Below, piece by piece: positions 30,872 to 40,138 of a stretch of 64,000 nucleotides of DNA (position 1 is the first letter of the stretch; each line of letters begins with the position of its first letter). Location of the stretch: contig JACPKP010000009.1 of assembly GCA_016186955.1 (NCBI GenBank), positions 225,595-289,594 of the forward strand, written 5' to 3'. Source of the stretch: Candidatus Daviesbacteria bacterium. GTDB lineage: Bacteria; Patescibacteriota; Microgenomatia; Daviesbacterales; UBA10151. The notes beneath the pieces were generated by a model that was not told the origin of the DNA, made no database searches, and saw only the letters and a program-made list of their open reading frames with translations. The translations under genes were made by a program, and so were the position numbers.

Positions 30872-31855
30872 TTAAACAAATCTTTTTGCATAAAAGACAT
30901 TATATTTTTTGTTTATAACACTACGTTTTTTCAAAAACCAGTCAATCGTTTCTTTGATCCCTTCCTGTAAACTTACTTTAGGATTATAACCAATAGATTG
31001 TGCCCTTTGGATATCCATAATCCTCATCCTATCTCCGCTTTTTTTTGATTTATCCCAAATTACTTTAGGAGGTTTTTCAATACTTTCGCAAATTGTGCTC
31101 ACCAGCTCTTTTATTGTGACGCCGGTCCCGCTTCCTAAGTTTAAAGCGCTCCCATCAGCATGTTTCATTGCTAAAATCATCCCTTCAGCAACATCCCTTG
31201 AGAAAACAAAATCCCGTATTTCGGATCCGTCCCCCCAAACAGTAAGAGGATTTTCGCCGTCTAGGACCCTTCTGATTAGGGAGGGTACGACCATAGCGTT
31301 TTTAGGATCAAAATTATCATAAGGCCCGTAAGTGTTAGCCGGCCTGACTATTGTTGTTTTGTTCCAGCCAAACTCTATTTTATATGCTTCAACCTGCAAT
31401 TCCCCAACTCTTTTTGCCCATCCGCCAAACCAATCCTTATGGGAGGGGAATGTATGCCATACATCGTCCTCATGAAAAATTTTAGCAGGGCCATAGACTC
31501 CGACAGAGCTTGTGTAAAGATACCTTTTTACTCCACTGATCCGTGCTGCCTCCATCATATTAGTGTTGAACAAAACTCCTGGTACGAAGATACTTGCAAC
31601 TTTTTTTGTTGCGATTCCGGCAGATACTTTAATTCCTGCCAAATGAAAAACATAATCTATGCCGCGGCACGCTTTAATGCAATTATCATATGAAGTAAGA
31701 TTTAGTTTCTTAAACTCTACGTCTTTTGGCAAATCCTTATTCCGTTCCATTGAGACAACCCGGACTTTTGCACCCATTTTGTGAAGAATTTCTACAAGCT
31801 GCATTCCGATCATCCCAGTCCCGCCAGTAATAAGAATTTTTTTATTTTTATACAT
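30872..31855 (-). CDS. GDP-sugar epimerase/reductase (Fcl/GME-like extended SDR)
   Basis: TGGTGMIG, YTSSVGVY, RPANTYGPYDNF and VWGDGSEIRDF motifs. The YxxxK position reads GGWAK, so there is no catalytic Tyr. Confidence 0.75.
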   Translation of the reverse strand: MYKNKKILITGGTGMIGMQLVEILHKMGAKVRVVSMERNKDLPKDVEFKKLNLTSYDNCIKACRGIDYVFHLAGIKVSAGIATKKVASIFVPGVLFNTNMMEAARISGVKRYLYTSSVGVYGPAKIFHEDDVWHTFPSHKDWFGGWAKRVGELQVEAYKIEFGWNKTTIVRPANTYGPYDNFDPKNAMVVPSLIRRVLDGENPLTVWGDGSEIRDFVFSRDVAEGMILAMKHADGSALNLGSGTGVTIKELVSTICESIEKPPKVIWDKSKKSGDRMRIMDIQRAQSIGYNPKVSLQEGIKETIDWFLKKRSVINKKYNVFYAKRFV

Positions 31856-31863
31856 GTCTTTTC

Positions 31864-32535
31864 CTAGATTGAATTATTAAATAATTTGTCAAATACTGCA
31901 ACCCCGCGTAGTTGATTAATGCTTGTAATAATTTCATCTGCTTCTGTCAAAAACTCCTGACCCATAGTAGAAGAAACTGCAATACAGTATGCTCCAGCTT
32001 TTTTTGCAGACTTTATTCCCAAGGGTGCGTTTTCTATCACTAAACATTTTTTGATATCTACCGACAATAACTTTGCAGCTTTAAGATAAGGATCCGGGAA
32101 TGGTTTTCCTCTTTTGACTTGGTCACCGGTGATGATAACTTTAAATTTCTTTAAAAAATTTTCAGGTAGTGTTGAGTGTAACCTGTTGTAAAGACCGGCA
32201 GTAACTATGGCAAATGGAATATTTTTTGCGTGTAATAAATTTATTATACTTTTAACGCCCCGATAGAGTTGGAATTTATTGTTCTTCAAATATAGATCCT
32301 CCTTATTTTTAATAATATCTTCTACCAGCGACTTGTCTAACCCGGCCTTTTGGCAATATTTTTTTGCTAATTTTTCTAATTTCATCCCTTCGTAAGGAAA
32401 GTACTCTTGTGCGGAGATAGAAATATTGTATTTTTTCAGCGATTTCAACCAGGCTTTATAATTATCTTCCATTGTTTGGGCCAAAACACCGTCAAAATCA
32501 AACAAAACAGCCTGATATTTTTTTGATGGAATCAT
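31864..32535 (-). CDS. HAD-IA family phosphatase / beta-PGM-like
   Basis: FDFDGVL, GKPFPDPY and VIENAPLG motifs. Confidence 0.85.
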   Translation of the reverse strand: MIPSKKYQAVLFDFDGVLAQTMEDNYKAWLKSLKKYNISISAQEYFPYEGMKLEKLAKKYCQKAGLDKSLVEDIIKNKEDLYLKNNKFQLYRGVKSIINLLHAKNIPFAIVTAGLYNRLHSTLPENFLKKFKVIITGDQVKRGKPFPDPYLKAAKLLSVDIKKCLVIENAPLGIKSAKKAGAYCIAVSSTMGQEFLTEADEIITSINQLRGVAVFDKLFNNSI

Positions 32536-33045
32536 TTATTTGAAGAATTCAAGCGTATCACGCATCCACTGCGGAAGATATTTGTAATGAGGGCTTGTCA
32601 CAAGCTTACCGTCAATTACTGATGGAGCATCAATGTAATTAGCGCCCGCATTTTCTATGTCATCCCGAATACTGTAATATCCGGAGACTTTTTTCCCCTT
32701 GACAATTTTAGCCGATATTAACATTTGTGACCCGTGACAAATAGCGGCAATAACCTTTCCTGCTTTTGCAAATTTTGATATAAAATCAATCACAGTTTTT
32801 TCCTGGCGCAGATATTCCATACATTTTGCTCCTCCAGGAATGATTAGTAAATCATAGTCAGAAACCCTCAGATTGGTTGTATCTTTAGTAGGGACAACTT
32901 TAGTTCCGTTTACGCCGAGAACTATCTCTTTATTTTTAATAGCAACATCAACCTTGAACCCTGCTTCCTGAAGTCTGTAATAGGGGTATATATATTCATG
33001 GTCTTGCACATATTTGCCTGTTATAATTAAAGCCCTTTTTTTCAT
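32536..33045 (-). CDS. DJ-1/PfpI family protein
   Basis: QDHEY.YPYYRL, IPGG, AICHG nucleophile elbow and LVTS motifs. Confidence 0.85.
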   Translation of the reverse strand: MKKRALIITGKYVQDHEYIYPYYRLQEAGFKVDVAIKNKEIVLGVNGTKVVPTKDTTNLRVSDYDLLIIPGGAKCMEYLRQEKTVIDFISKFAKAGKVIAAICHGSQMLISAKIVKGKKVSGYYSIRDDIENAGANYIDAPSVIDGKLVTSPHYKYLPQWMRDTLEFFK

Positions 33046-33806
33046 ACAGCCTTTTTAATAAGCAAAGATTCATTTTCAGCAGAAGGGTTTAAGCTATGGT
33101 GTTTTTTCAAATCCCCAAATGAAATTATATCACCAGTGTCCAGGAGGCATGTTTGAGATCCATCGGTTATATTTCCTGTCAGAAGCACCAAAATATCGGG
33201 TTTTGATTGTTTAGTATGATTTATCAAGTGGTTGCTATCGGAAAACTTGACCAAGCTTAAAATACAGTCACCGAACTGTTTCTCTACCCCGTAACGTTTT
33301 TTACTATTATTAAATGATTGATATAATTTATTGTCAAGCTTTGAATAAAATTTTTCATCCTCATATCCTCTTCCTCGTCTTCCATATTTGTCGCTAAACC
33401 TGATTAAGTCCCTTTTGTTGGTCGGTGTTTCTGTTTCTATCACCAACAACCCATTGTTTGAGGTAACTGTTGTAGAATGAAATACTCCTTTGTTAATAAG
33501 CAATCCATGGCAAAGATTAAGTTTGTGGTTTCCACTGAGCGTTTCAACCCTAGCTTCGCCGGATAAAATAATAATAGAGGTTTTTTTATTAGGATGTGCG
33601 TGCATTGAAGTTTGGAAGTTGGGTTTTAAATAAAGCAGCCATACGGCGGTTTGGTTGTTGGAATAAATCAGATATTCATATCCCCATGGCTTTCTTATTA
33701 CCACATTTGAGTAGTCAAAAAAATTATCCAGGAGGTAATCAGGGTTTATTTTAATACTTGACATCTGTCTGATATCTTCGTCGGTTTGATCAATTTTTTT
33801 TACCAT
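33042..33806 (-). CDS. Cupin protein (mannose-6-phosphate isomerase type II-like cupin)
   Basis: KPWGYE, TSMHAHP, FHS, ETETP...DLIRFSDKYGR motifs. Confidence 0.65.
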   Translation of the reverse strand: MVKKIDQTDEDIRQMSSIKINPDYLLDNFFDYSNVVIRKPWGYEYLIYSNNQTAVWLLYLKPNFQTSMHAHPNKKTSIIILSGEARVETLSGNHKLNLCHGLLINKGVFHSTTVTSNNGLLVIETETPTNKRDLIRFSDKYGRRGRGYEDEKFYSKLDNKLYQSFNNSKKRYGVEKQFGDCILSLVKFSDSNHLINHTKQSKPDILVLLTGNITDGSQTCLLDTGDIISFGDLKKHHSLNPSAENESLLIKKAV

Positions 33807-34725
33807 TGGAATTTATAATATATTCTACTGTCTTTACTATTTTACCTGTTGTAGGGGGGAGGTTGTCCAGATGGGGGGCAAATCCGGCAGACCGTTCTTC
33901 CAGTCCGAGCGTTTTGATTGGTTTAAATTTGTTGCCTGATCCGGTGAGTTTTTGGATTATGTCAAAAGCTAGACATTTCAAAGCTCCATTTTCAAAATCA
34001 CCGTCCAGTATCAGTCCTCCAAACCTGCTTTGATTGAGTGAAGCAATAATTTTTTTATTAATTACAAATGGCTTGAGCCATAGCAGATGTATAAGGTTAC
34101 AAACAATGCCATTTCCCTCTAAGGTTTTAACAGCTTCAATGGCGTTGATTCTAGTTGAAGAAATCGCAAATATAGTAACATCAGCTTTAGGTTTAATAAT
34201 ATCTTTCATGTCATAATCTATAGGGAAACTTTTTTTATGCTCACTGATGTACATCGGGTCATCGTGTTCCATAAAATAATTCCAAACCTGTTGGTATTCG
34301 TTGGGTGTCATGGGGGCACAAACAACAATTCCGGGCATCCTAATAAATATACTGTGGTGGCTACCGGATGCCACAGGCCCGATAGCTCCGTCCATGGCTA
34401 TTGAGCGCACAAAAATAGGGCAGGGAATTCCCCACATATCCTTTGATTTTGCTGCGTAATTGACAATGCTTGCAGCGTTGTACCACTGAAAACCCTGGTA
34501 TCTAACTATATAAATTGGCCTTCTGCCCGCTAAGGCCGCCCCTACAGCTATACCTCCGCCGGATACATCAGCCATTGATAATTCAACAAGGCCTTCTTTT
34601 TCACTTAAGTGAGGGATTGTACCACCGACCCAGCCAACAGCTGTTAGACATTGGCCTAATGCCAAACCGTTATTTTTTAACAGGTGATTTCTGGTTATTT
34701 GGCTTATTTTTTCTGCAACAGTCAT
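33790..34725 (-). CDS. TPP-dependent E1 beta subunit-like protein (transketolase pyrimidine-binding and C-terminal domains)
   Basis: GAALAGRRPI, NYAAK, PIFVR, PGIVVCAP.TP and HLLWLKP motifs; ATG 34725 overlaps the alpha-subunit stop (ATGA). Confidence 0.8.
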   Translation of the reverse strand: MTVAEKISQITRNHLLKNNGLALGQCLTAVGWVGGTIPHLSEKEGLVELSMADVSGGGIAVGAALAGRRPIYIVRYQGFQWYNAASIVNYAAKSKDMWGIPCPIFVRSIAMDGAIGPVASGSHHSIFIRMPGIVVCAPMTPNEYQQVWNYFMEHDDPMYISEHKKSFPIDYDMKDIIKPKADVTIFAISSTRINAIEAVKTLEGNGIVCNLIHLLWLKPFVINKKIIASLNQSRFGGLILDGDFENGALKCLAFDIIQKLTGSGNKFKPIKTLGLEERSAGFAPHLDNLPPTTGKIVKTVEYIINSNGKKN

Positions 34726-35606
34726 TTTTTGAGTTGTTTCTTCCATAATTTATCAATAAATTCTTTCGTTTCCTGTTCGATCTTTAAAGCCTGTTTTTCT
34801 AACCCCAAATTTTTAAGATCTTCTTTGACTATTTTAAATCTGTCCCATTCTGGTTCGCTATCTTGTCCGGTGCCATTGTGCCAAAGCACCCTTGTTGTAT
34901 GGATATTTATAAAGCTAGGTAAATTTTTAGCAAGCTTTTTGACATGATGCATAATAAGCCAGGGATCATCGGTGATTTCTACCGCATCCATTCCAAATGC
35001 TTTTGCAACATTAACCATACTCCAGTTTCTTCTAACTGCGACTTTGGTTAAAATTGAAAGTCCATTATCAGTGCAAACAAACAAAACAGGAAGTTTTTTT
35101 GAAGCAGCATAGCCCATTGAACTTATCACATAGTCTTCTTCTGCCGAAGCATCCCCCATAATTGCCAAGACTTTTTGTTTTGACCCCAATGCATATCCTA
35201 CTGCGATTGGAATTTGGTCTCCCATAAGCCCGCTATGGCCAAACATGCCAATCTTCGGGGAATGAATTGATGCAGACCCACCCATGCCTTTGGCGATGCC
35301 GGAAGGCTTGTGCAGTAGTTCGTCAATTAAAGGGACAATTTCTCCCCCGAAAGCTAAATAAATATCATGGCATCTGTGTTGGGCAAAAATATGCGGTTTT
35401 TTATAAGCTATTGATATTGCTGATGAAACAGATTCTTCACCAACTGATAAATAAATCGGCATTTTAATATAACCTTTATCAAAGGCATCTTTGGTATTGA
35501 ATTCGAAATTGCGCGAGATGCACATTTTTTTAAACATCTCCAAAGACTCTTTCTTAGTAAAATGTTTTGAGATATTTTTGATTTCACCGAAGCTTTTTGA
35601 ACGCAT
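34722..35606 (-). CDS. TPP-dependent E1 alpha subunit-like protein
   Basis: YLSVGEE, QHRCH and GMGGSASI motifs; TPP motif GDA...DN; HNG. Confidence 0.85.
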   Translation of the reverse strand: MRSKSFGEIKNISKHFTKKESLEMFKKMCISRNFEFNTKDAFDKGYIKMPIYLSVGEESVSSAISIAYKKPHIFAQHRCHDIYLAFGGEIVPLIDELLHKPSGIAKGMGGSASIHSPKIGMFGHSGLMGDQIPIAVGYALGSKQKVLAIMGDASAEEDYVISSMGYAASKKLPVLFVCTDNGLSILTKVAVRRNWSMVNVAKAFGMDAVEITDDPWLIMHHVKKLAKNLPSFINIHTTRVLWHNGTGQDSEPEWDRFKIVKEDLKNLGLEKQALKIEQETKEFIDKLWKKQLKK

Positions 35607-35657
35607 TTGTAATTTTCAACTAAAGATATCAAATTATCCAGGAAAAGTAAATTGATT

Positions 35658-37001
35658 TTATGTTATTCCCAGATTCTCGAAACTATTATAAAGTTTTAAG
35701 TCTTGTTCACTATCGACTTCATACCAATTACCATTAATTGGTGTAGCAAAAATTTGTAACCCTGTCTTAATAAGCCTTTGCAACAGGGAAGTCATGTCCA
35801 GCTTATCATTGGTGTTTGGATCCAGTGATGCAAGATATTTTTTTATTTTTTTCCAACCGGAAGGGGTGATTTTTAGAAGCCCCATATATTGGCCCTCAAT
35901 ATTTTCAAATTTGTCGGTTTTGTTACCAATTTCCAGCAACACGCCATTTTTTATTTTAAATGTTTCTGCGTCATCTAAAGGATTATTAAATCTTTTTTTC
36001 CATAGATTAAACCAGTTTTTATCATAGGATATTGATACATTACCTTTTGATTTAAGAAGACTTTTCACTGCTTGTTCTGAATAAACAATATCCGAGTAAC
36101 TTATAATACAAGTATAACGGCTGAGCCATTTATCTGCGCACATTAACGAGCTTACCATATTGGTTTTCTTCCAGCGTGGATTGTTAAAAGTTTTTAGATT
36201 AAAGGGTTGTAGTTTTTTTGCTTGATAGCCTGATACTAATGCTATATCTTGGATACCGCCTTTTCTGAGTGCATTAAGCTGCCACTCAATTAGGGGTTTT
36301 CCTTTAAGCATTACTAAACATTTAGGCTTTTTAGCTGTCAATCTTTTCATCCTACTTCCCCGCCCGGCTGCAAGAATGATTGCTTTAGGCGCCTCATGTT
36401 TTTGGGACTCTAAAAAGAATGATTTGAATAAATTGACATTGTCTTTTCTAAATGGCTCCATTCTTTCGGGGTGCCACATAATTGCTTTTATTTTATATTT
36501 TGTATGCTCAATAGCTTTGATGACATTATCTTCTGACCTGGCCCAAACAGTCAGATCATCTGTTGTGTTTAAACTGCCCAAGCAGTGGTAGCTGTTGACA
36601 GTACTTTGTTTCCGGTTGATTGCTATCCTCTGTTTATTTGCAATGTGGCCCTGTACTATTATAAGTTTGACACCAAAATAATCCTGGATTATCTGCATGC
36701 CCCGGCAGACGCCAAAAAGAGGAATATTGTTTTTTATAGAATAAGAAATAAGATATCTTTCAACATCATCTCTTTCTGGTGCAGTTCCACCATATTTGGA
36801 CAGATCATTTCCTCCAGTAAGTAAAAAACCGCTTATTTTCAAGTTTTTAAGATAATTTTTTATTAAATCTATATTATTTGGTAAAAGAGCAGGAATTAGA
36901 TTACATTGAATAAAAAATTTATTCCAATTTTGGGACAGCGTATCCAGTCTTTCTCCGTGTTGGTTGATTACTACATTTTGGGTGACGCCTATAAATTCCA
37001 T
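35658..37001 (-). CDS. Fused gamma-glutamyl-CDP-amidate hydrolase (Cj1417-like, class I GATase/C26) and CTP:phosphoglutamine cytidylyltransferase (Cj1416-like)
   Basis: N-terminal part: FIGVTQ, LTGGND, GVCRGMQ, VNSYH, MWHPER (Cys-His-Glu triad). C-terminal part: ILAAGRGSRM..LT..KPKCLV, TNMVSSL, YSDIVY, DAETF, GQYMGL, EVDS. Confidence 0.85.
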   Translation of the reverse strand: MEFIGVTQNVVINQHGERLDTLSQNWNKFFIQCNLIPALLPNNIDLIKNYLKNLKISGFLLTGGNDLSKYGGTAPERDDVERYLISYSIKNNIPLFGVCRGMQIIQDYFGVKLIIVQGHIANKQRIAINRKQSTVNSYHCLGSLNTTDDLTVWARSEDNVIKAIEHTKYKIKAIMWHPERMEPFRKDNVNLFKSFFLESQKHEAPKAIILAAGRGSRMKRLTAKKPKCLVMLKGKPLIEWQLNALRKGGIQDIALVSGYQAKKLQPFNLKTFNNPRWKKTNMVSSLMCADKWLSRYTCIISYSDIVYSEQAVKSLLKSKGNVSISYDKNWFNLWKKRFNNPLDDAETFKIKNGVLLEIGNKTDKFENIEGQYMGLLKITPSGWKKIKKYLASLDPNTNDKLDMTSLLQRLIKTGLQIFATPINGNWYEVDSEQDLKLYNSFENLGIT

Positions 37002-37005
37002 TGGA

Positions 37006-39336
37006 TTATGATACTATTTTTACTTGCTTGTTAATACAATCTATTTCTAAAAACCGGGAGGATGAAAGATTAGAAAATAAAGTTTCTCCTGTCCCGATAA
37101 CAGCCGGTATACCCAACTCTCCCGCCCGGATCGCCATATGAGAATTAATACCTCCATACATAGTGATAAATCCGGCGATTTCGTGAGAGAAAATCCAATC
37201 ATACCCAGGATCGGCGCTTGGAATAAGTAAAATACTTTTTTTAATTTTTTTTAAATCCTGATTGGAGAAAGCAACATGCCCCTTGGCTGTTTGGTTAGTA
37301 ATAAAATTGGGATGAGATGGAGCGATATGGAAGGACCAAATATCTTCTGCGCTTTTTATTAACGGGGGAAGAATTATGTTGCTCGTTATTGAAAAATTTC
37401 TTTTTCCTTCTTCTATCGATTGCAACATCACATTTTTTTTATCAAAGCTTGATGTGTATAACTTCTTGATACAGTTAATGTCTAAAAATGCTAAATCTGT
37501 ATCACTGATGGAATATGAGGCGCCCAGGTTTTGAAGCAGGGACAAAAGATCGCTTAGCGAATAGGTAAAAATAAATTTAGCATACTCCCTGCCGTAGATT
37601 GCTTCTTTTATAAAATCAAATATCCCCAGGATATTGTGATCAATCCCATGCTTGTTTAAATATCGGTCTATTTGTTTTAGTTGTTCCAATGATAGACTGA
37701 ATTTACTTTTTTGCTCGGGGGGCCTTTTAAATTTTTTAAAATCAAAATATTTGTTTGGTTCTTCATCATAACGCTTGGATAAAATATCATAAGTTCCAGG
37801 ACGCAGGTGCCCATATTTTTTTAAAAAGTTTTTTTTGGACAACTTATTTAAATCCTTATTCATTTGGGAACTGATCGAATCTATTGAAAGCATAAAATTA
37901 TCATAATCTGCTTGGGATAGAATTTTCTCGGTAACTAATGATTTTAAAAGCTGGACAGCTATAAAGCCTGCCCTGGCAAGTCCTGCAAAAGGTAAGGTCC
38001 CATACCTCTTGCAATCCTCTAGCAGCCAATAAATTTTTGAAACAATGTCTAATTCGCTACCCAATATAGTTTTACGTCTTCTTTCAAGTTGATTAATTTT
38101 TTCAAGGTCTGTCCGCCAAAGCCCGGTTTTATTGTTAATAATCTGATTAGTTAGTGTCCTGAGACTTTCAATTAAGGATTTACATTCTTCGTTTGAGAAT
38201 CCGTCTTTTTTTAATAAATTTATTTTTGTATCTAAATCAAAAGTGTAACAAGAATAGACTATTTCAAATTCAATTTTATCATGAAGATTGGGTTGTTTAA
38301 TCAGTTTTTTTAAATAATAGTTAACTAATTTCTCAGCCAAATTTTGGTTCACTGTGGATGGTATAAAAGAGTTGAAATCAACTCTGACATCAATGTAGGG
38401 AAGTCCATGAAAATCTACTAATAGAGGAAAACTCCTTAAATTCTTATATCCATAATTATGTCTTTGGTAAGCCCAAATACCGTCCGTTATCAGTTCTTTG
38501 TATAGAGATAGCGCTAAAGGTTTGGGTCTGATACCAATAATTTCTGCAGGATTCCAGTCTGGCATGATACCGAACACCGTTTTTGATCCGCAAAGATAAG
38601 GATGTTTTCGGCTTAGGTCCCCAATTTTGTTATCTACTTCCACTAATACACTTGAAAGTTGGTCTATGTCCACATCCATTTTTATGAAACTGTTAAGAGG
38701 ACGGGCTTGCAAAAGATAGAGATGGTTTTGATAATCCAAAGCGAATTCAATATCCAAACTGTCAGATTTTGTTATTGACTCTAACTCAAAAATTAAATTA
38801 ATAATTTTTACTAACCTTATGGGAGCTTTTTTGGAGGAGTATTTATAAAAATAGTATGTTTTTAACTTATTTGATTTTCCTGAAGTTACAGAATCTGTCG
38901 ATCCTGTTTGGTCATCGTAGTTTATTACAATGTATGGACTTCCTGTATTTGGATCTTTACTAAAAGCTACACCTGACATCATGATATTTTTAAAATTAAG
39001 ATATGGTTGTATAAAAACTTGATTTTTTGGATTTTGATCAAAAGAGGAGATAACTTTTTCTATCGCTTCGTTTATCTTCGGTATACCTACAATATTTTGT
39101 ATAGAGGTATAGCGGCCTGCCAGAGACTGGTTAACACTGTCTTCATTGACTGCGCTACTTCGGATAATTAATTTTTTTTTACCCCACCCCTTTTTTTTGA
39201 TTTTTTCTAAAATATGGTTTTTTTTATCTATCCAGTCACCAACGGAAAAACTAATTTGTGGTAAGACCCGAGCCTTTTTCAGCAGCAGAGAAAGTTTTTG
39301 AAGCGTTTCCGCCTTTGTCACAAAAAAGTCATTCAT
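37006..39336 (-). CDS. L-glutamine kinase (Cj1418-like PEP-synthase/PPDK-family enzyme)
   Basis: 776 aa. KAETL start; IRSSA..ED...SLAG ATP-grasp; DIEFA, LLQARP, FGIMPDWNPAEIIG, YGHLRPGTYDI, ADPGYDWIF; phospho-His motif NSHMAIRAGELGIPAVIG. Confidence 0.85.
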   Translation of the reverse strand: MNDFFVTKAETLQKLSLLLKKARVLPQISFSVGDWIDKKNHILEKIKKKGWGKKKLIIRSSAVNEDSVNQSLAGRYTSIQNIVGIPKINEAIEKVISSFDQNPKNQVFIQPYLNFKNIMMSGVAFSKDPNTGSPYIVINYDDQTGSTDSVTSGKSNKLKTYYFYKYSSKKAPIRLVKIINLIFELESITKSDSLDIEFALDYQNHLYLLQARPLNSFIKMDVDIDQLSSVLVEVDNKIGDLSRKHPYLCGSKTVFGIMPDWNPAEIIGIRPKPLALSLYKELITDGIWAYQRHNYGYKNLRSFPLLVDFHGLPYIDVRVDFNSFIPSTVNQNLAEKLVNYYLKKLIKQPNLHDKIEFEIVYSCYTFDLDTKINLLKKDGFSNEECKSLIESLRTLTNQIINNKTGLWRTDLEKINQLERRRKTILGSELDIVSKIYWLLEDCKRYGTLPFAGLARAGFIAVQLLKSLVTEKILSQADYDNFMLSIDSISSQMNKDLNKLSKKNFLKKYGHLRPGTYDILSKRYDEEPNKYFDFKKFKRPPEQKSKFSLSLEQLKQIDRYLNKHGIDHNILGIFDFIKEAIYGREYAKFIFTYSLSDLLSLLQNLGASYSISDTDLAFLDINCIKKLYTSSFDKKNVMLQSIEEGKRNFSITSNIILPPLIKSAEDIWSFHIAPSHPNFITNQTAKGHVAFSNQDLKKIKKSILLIPSADPGYDWIFSHEIAGFITMYGGINSHMAIRAGELGIPAVIGTGETLFSNLSSSRFLEIDCINKQVKIVS

Positions 39337-39349
39337 AATTTATCTCGAT

Positions 39350-39382
39350 AAAACCCCGACCGTTAAGTCGTAGGTAGATTCA
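39350..39382 (+). mobile_element. Possible IS200/IS605 right-end relic (palindrome-associated element)
   Basis: AAAACCCCGAC-CGTTAA-GTCGTAGGTAGATTCA: a GC-rich imperfect hairpin followed by GTAG.TTCA in an AT-rich spacer. No transposase nearby. Confidence 0.35.
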
Positions 39383-40138
39383 TTTTATCGATTGGACTGT
39401 CCAGGCACGTGTTTTGTAAGCTGTTCGAATAAGGTTTTTACTGGATATAATTTTGGAAATTTCTTTTAAAATTTTTTGAAAAATTAATTTTCCTGCCTGG
39501 ACTTGGATGTCGTTTACAGATCTCCAGACCCCTAAGTATCTCTCTTTGGACATCAATTCAAAATGAGGAGCCTCCATAAAAACTAAATTTTTAAATTTTT
39601 TTCCGGAAGTTAAAACCTCCCCCCAGTTTTTTGTATTAGTTTGGGACCCTGAAGAAACTCTTTTAAGATTTGGAATAAAATTTTTAATAATTAATTCCAC
39701 AGCTTTTTCTACCTCGCTTTTTTCAATATCTCTCGGGTTCCACAAAATTGTAAGAAAACCGCCTGGTTTAAGTATACGGTAAAACTCCTTTAAGGCTTTT
39801 TTAGAATCTGCCCAATGGAAAGAAGAGGCCATCATAACCCAATCTACAGATGAATTTTTGAGACCTGTATCTTCTGCAATTCCTTTAGACCACATAAAGT
39901 TTTTTACAGACTTTTCACCTATTATCCTCATGTTGTTGCTTGGTTCAACTGCAAACCCCCCAATCCCAAAACAATCTAACATTGAGGTTAATTTACCTGT
40001 TCCAGCCCCAATGTCCGCAACAACAAAGCCCTCTTTTAGGGCGCCTATATAAGAGATAAGTGTTTTAATAATTATGGGAGAATAGCCTGGCCTGTTTGAA
40101 TAGTACTTTGCAAGAATAGAAAAATCTCCGTGTTTCAT
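39380..40138 (-). CDS. SAM-dependent methyltransferase, Cj1419/Cj1420-like (phosphoramidate O-methyltransferase candidate)
   Basis: MKHGDFS.LAKYY.NRPGYS start, DIGAGTGKLT, MASSFHW, WNPRD and WRSVNDIQ.QAG motifs; 252 aa. Confidence 0.85.
   Translation of the reverse strand: MKHGDFSILAKYYSNRPGYSPIIIKTLISYIGALKEGFVVADIGAGTGKLTSMLDCFGIGGFAVEPSNNMRIIGEKSVKNFMWSKGIAEDTGLKNSSVDWVMMASSFHWADSKKALKEFYRILKPGGFLTILWNPRDIEKSEVEKAVELIIKNFIPNLKRVSSGSQTNTKNWGEVLTSGKKFKNLVFMEAPHFELMSKERYLGVWRSVNDIQVQAGKLIFQKILKEISKIISSKNLIRTAYKTRAWTVQSIK

Noticed and set aside
33790-35606. Central-metabolism pyruvate dehydrogenase (pdhA/pdhB)
   Set aside because: No E2/E3 in the window, divergent motifs, and the genes are embedded in an NDP-sugar operon.
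35658-36380. LicC phosphocholine or phosphonate cytidylyltransferase
   Set aside because: No choline kinase, LicD or PEP mutase in the window; the domain is fused to a Cj1417-like amidohydrolase.
37006-39336. PEP synthase / pyruvate phosphate dikinase or rifampin phosphotransferase
   Set aside because: There is no C-terminal pyruvate-binding barrel, and the central MPDWNPAEIIG and YGHLRPGTYDI motifs plus the gene context fit glutamine kinase.
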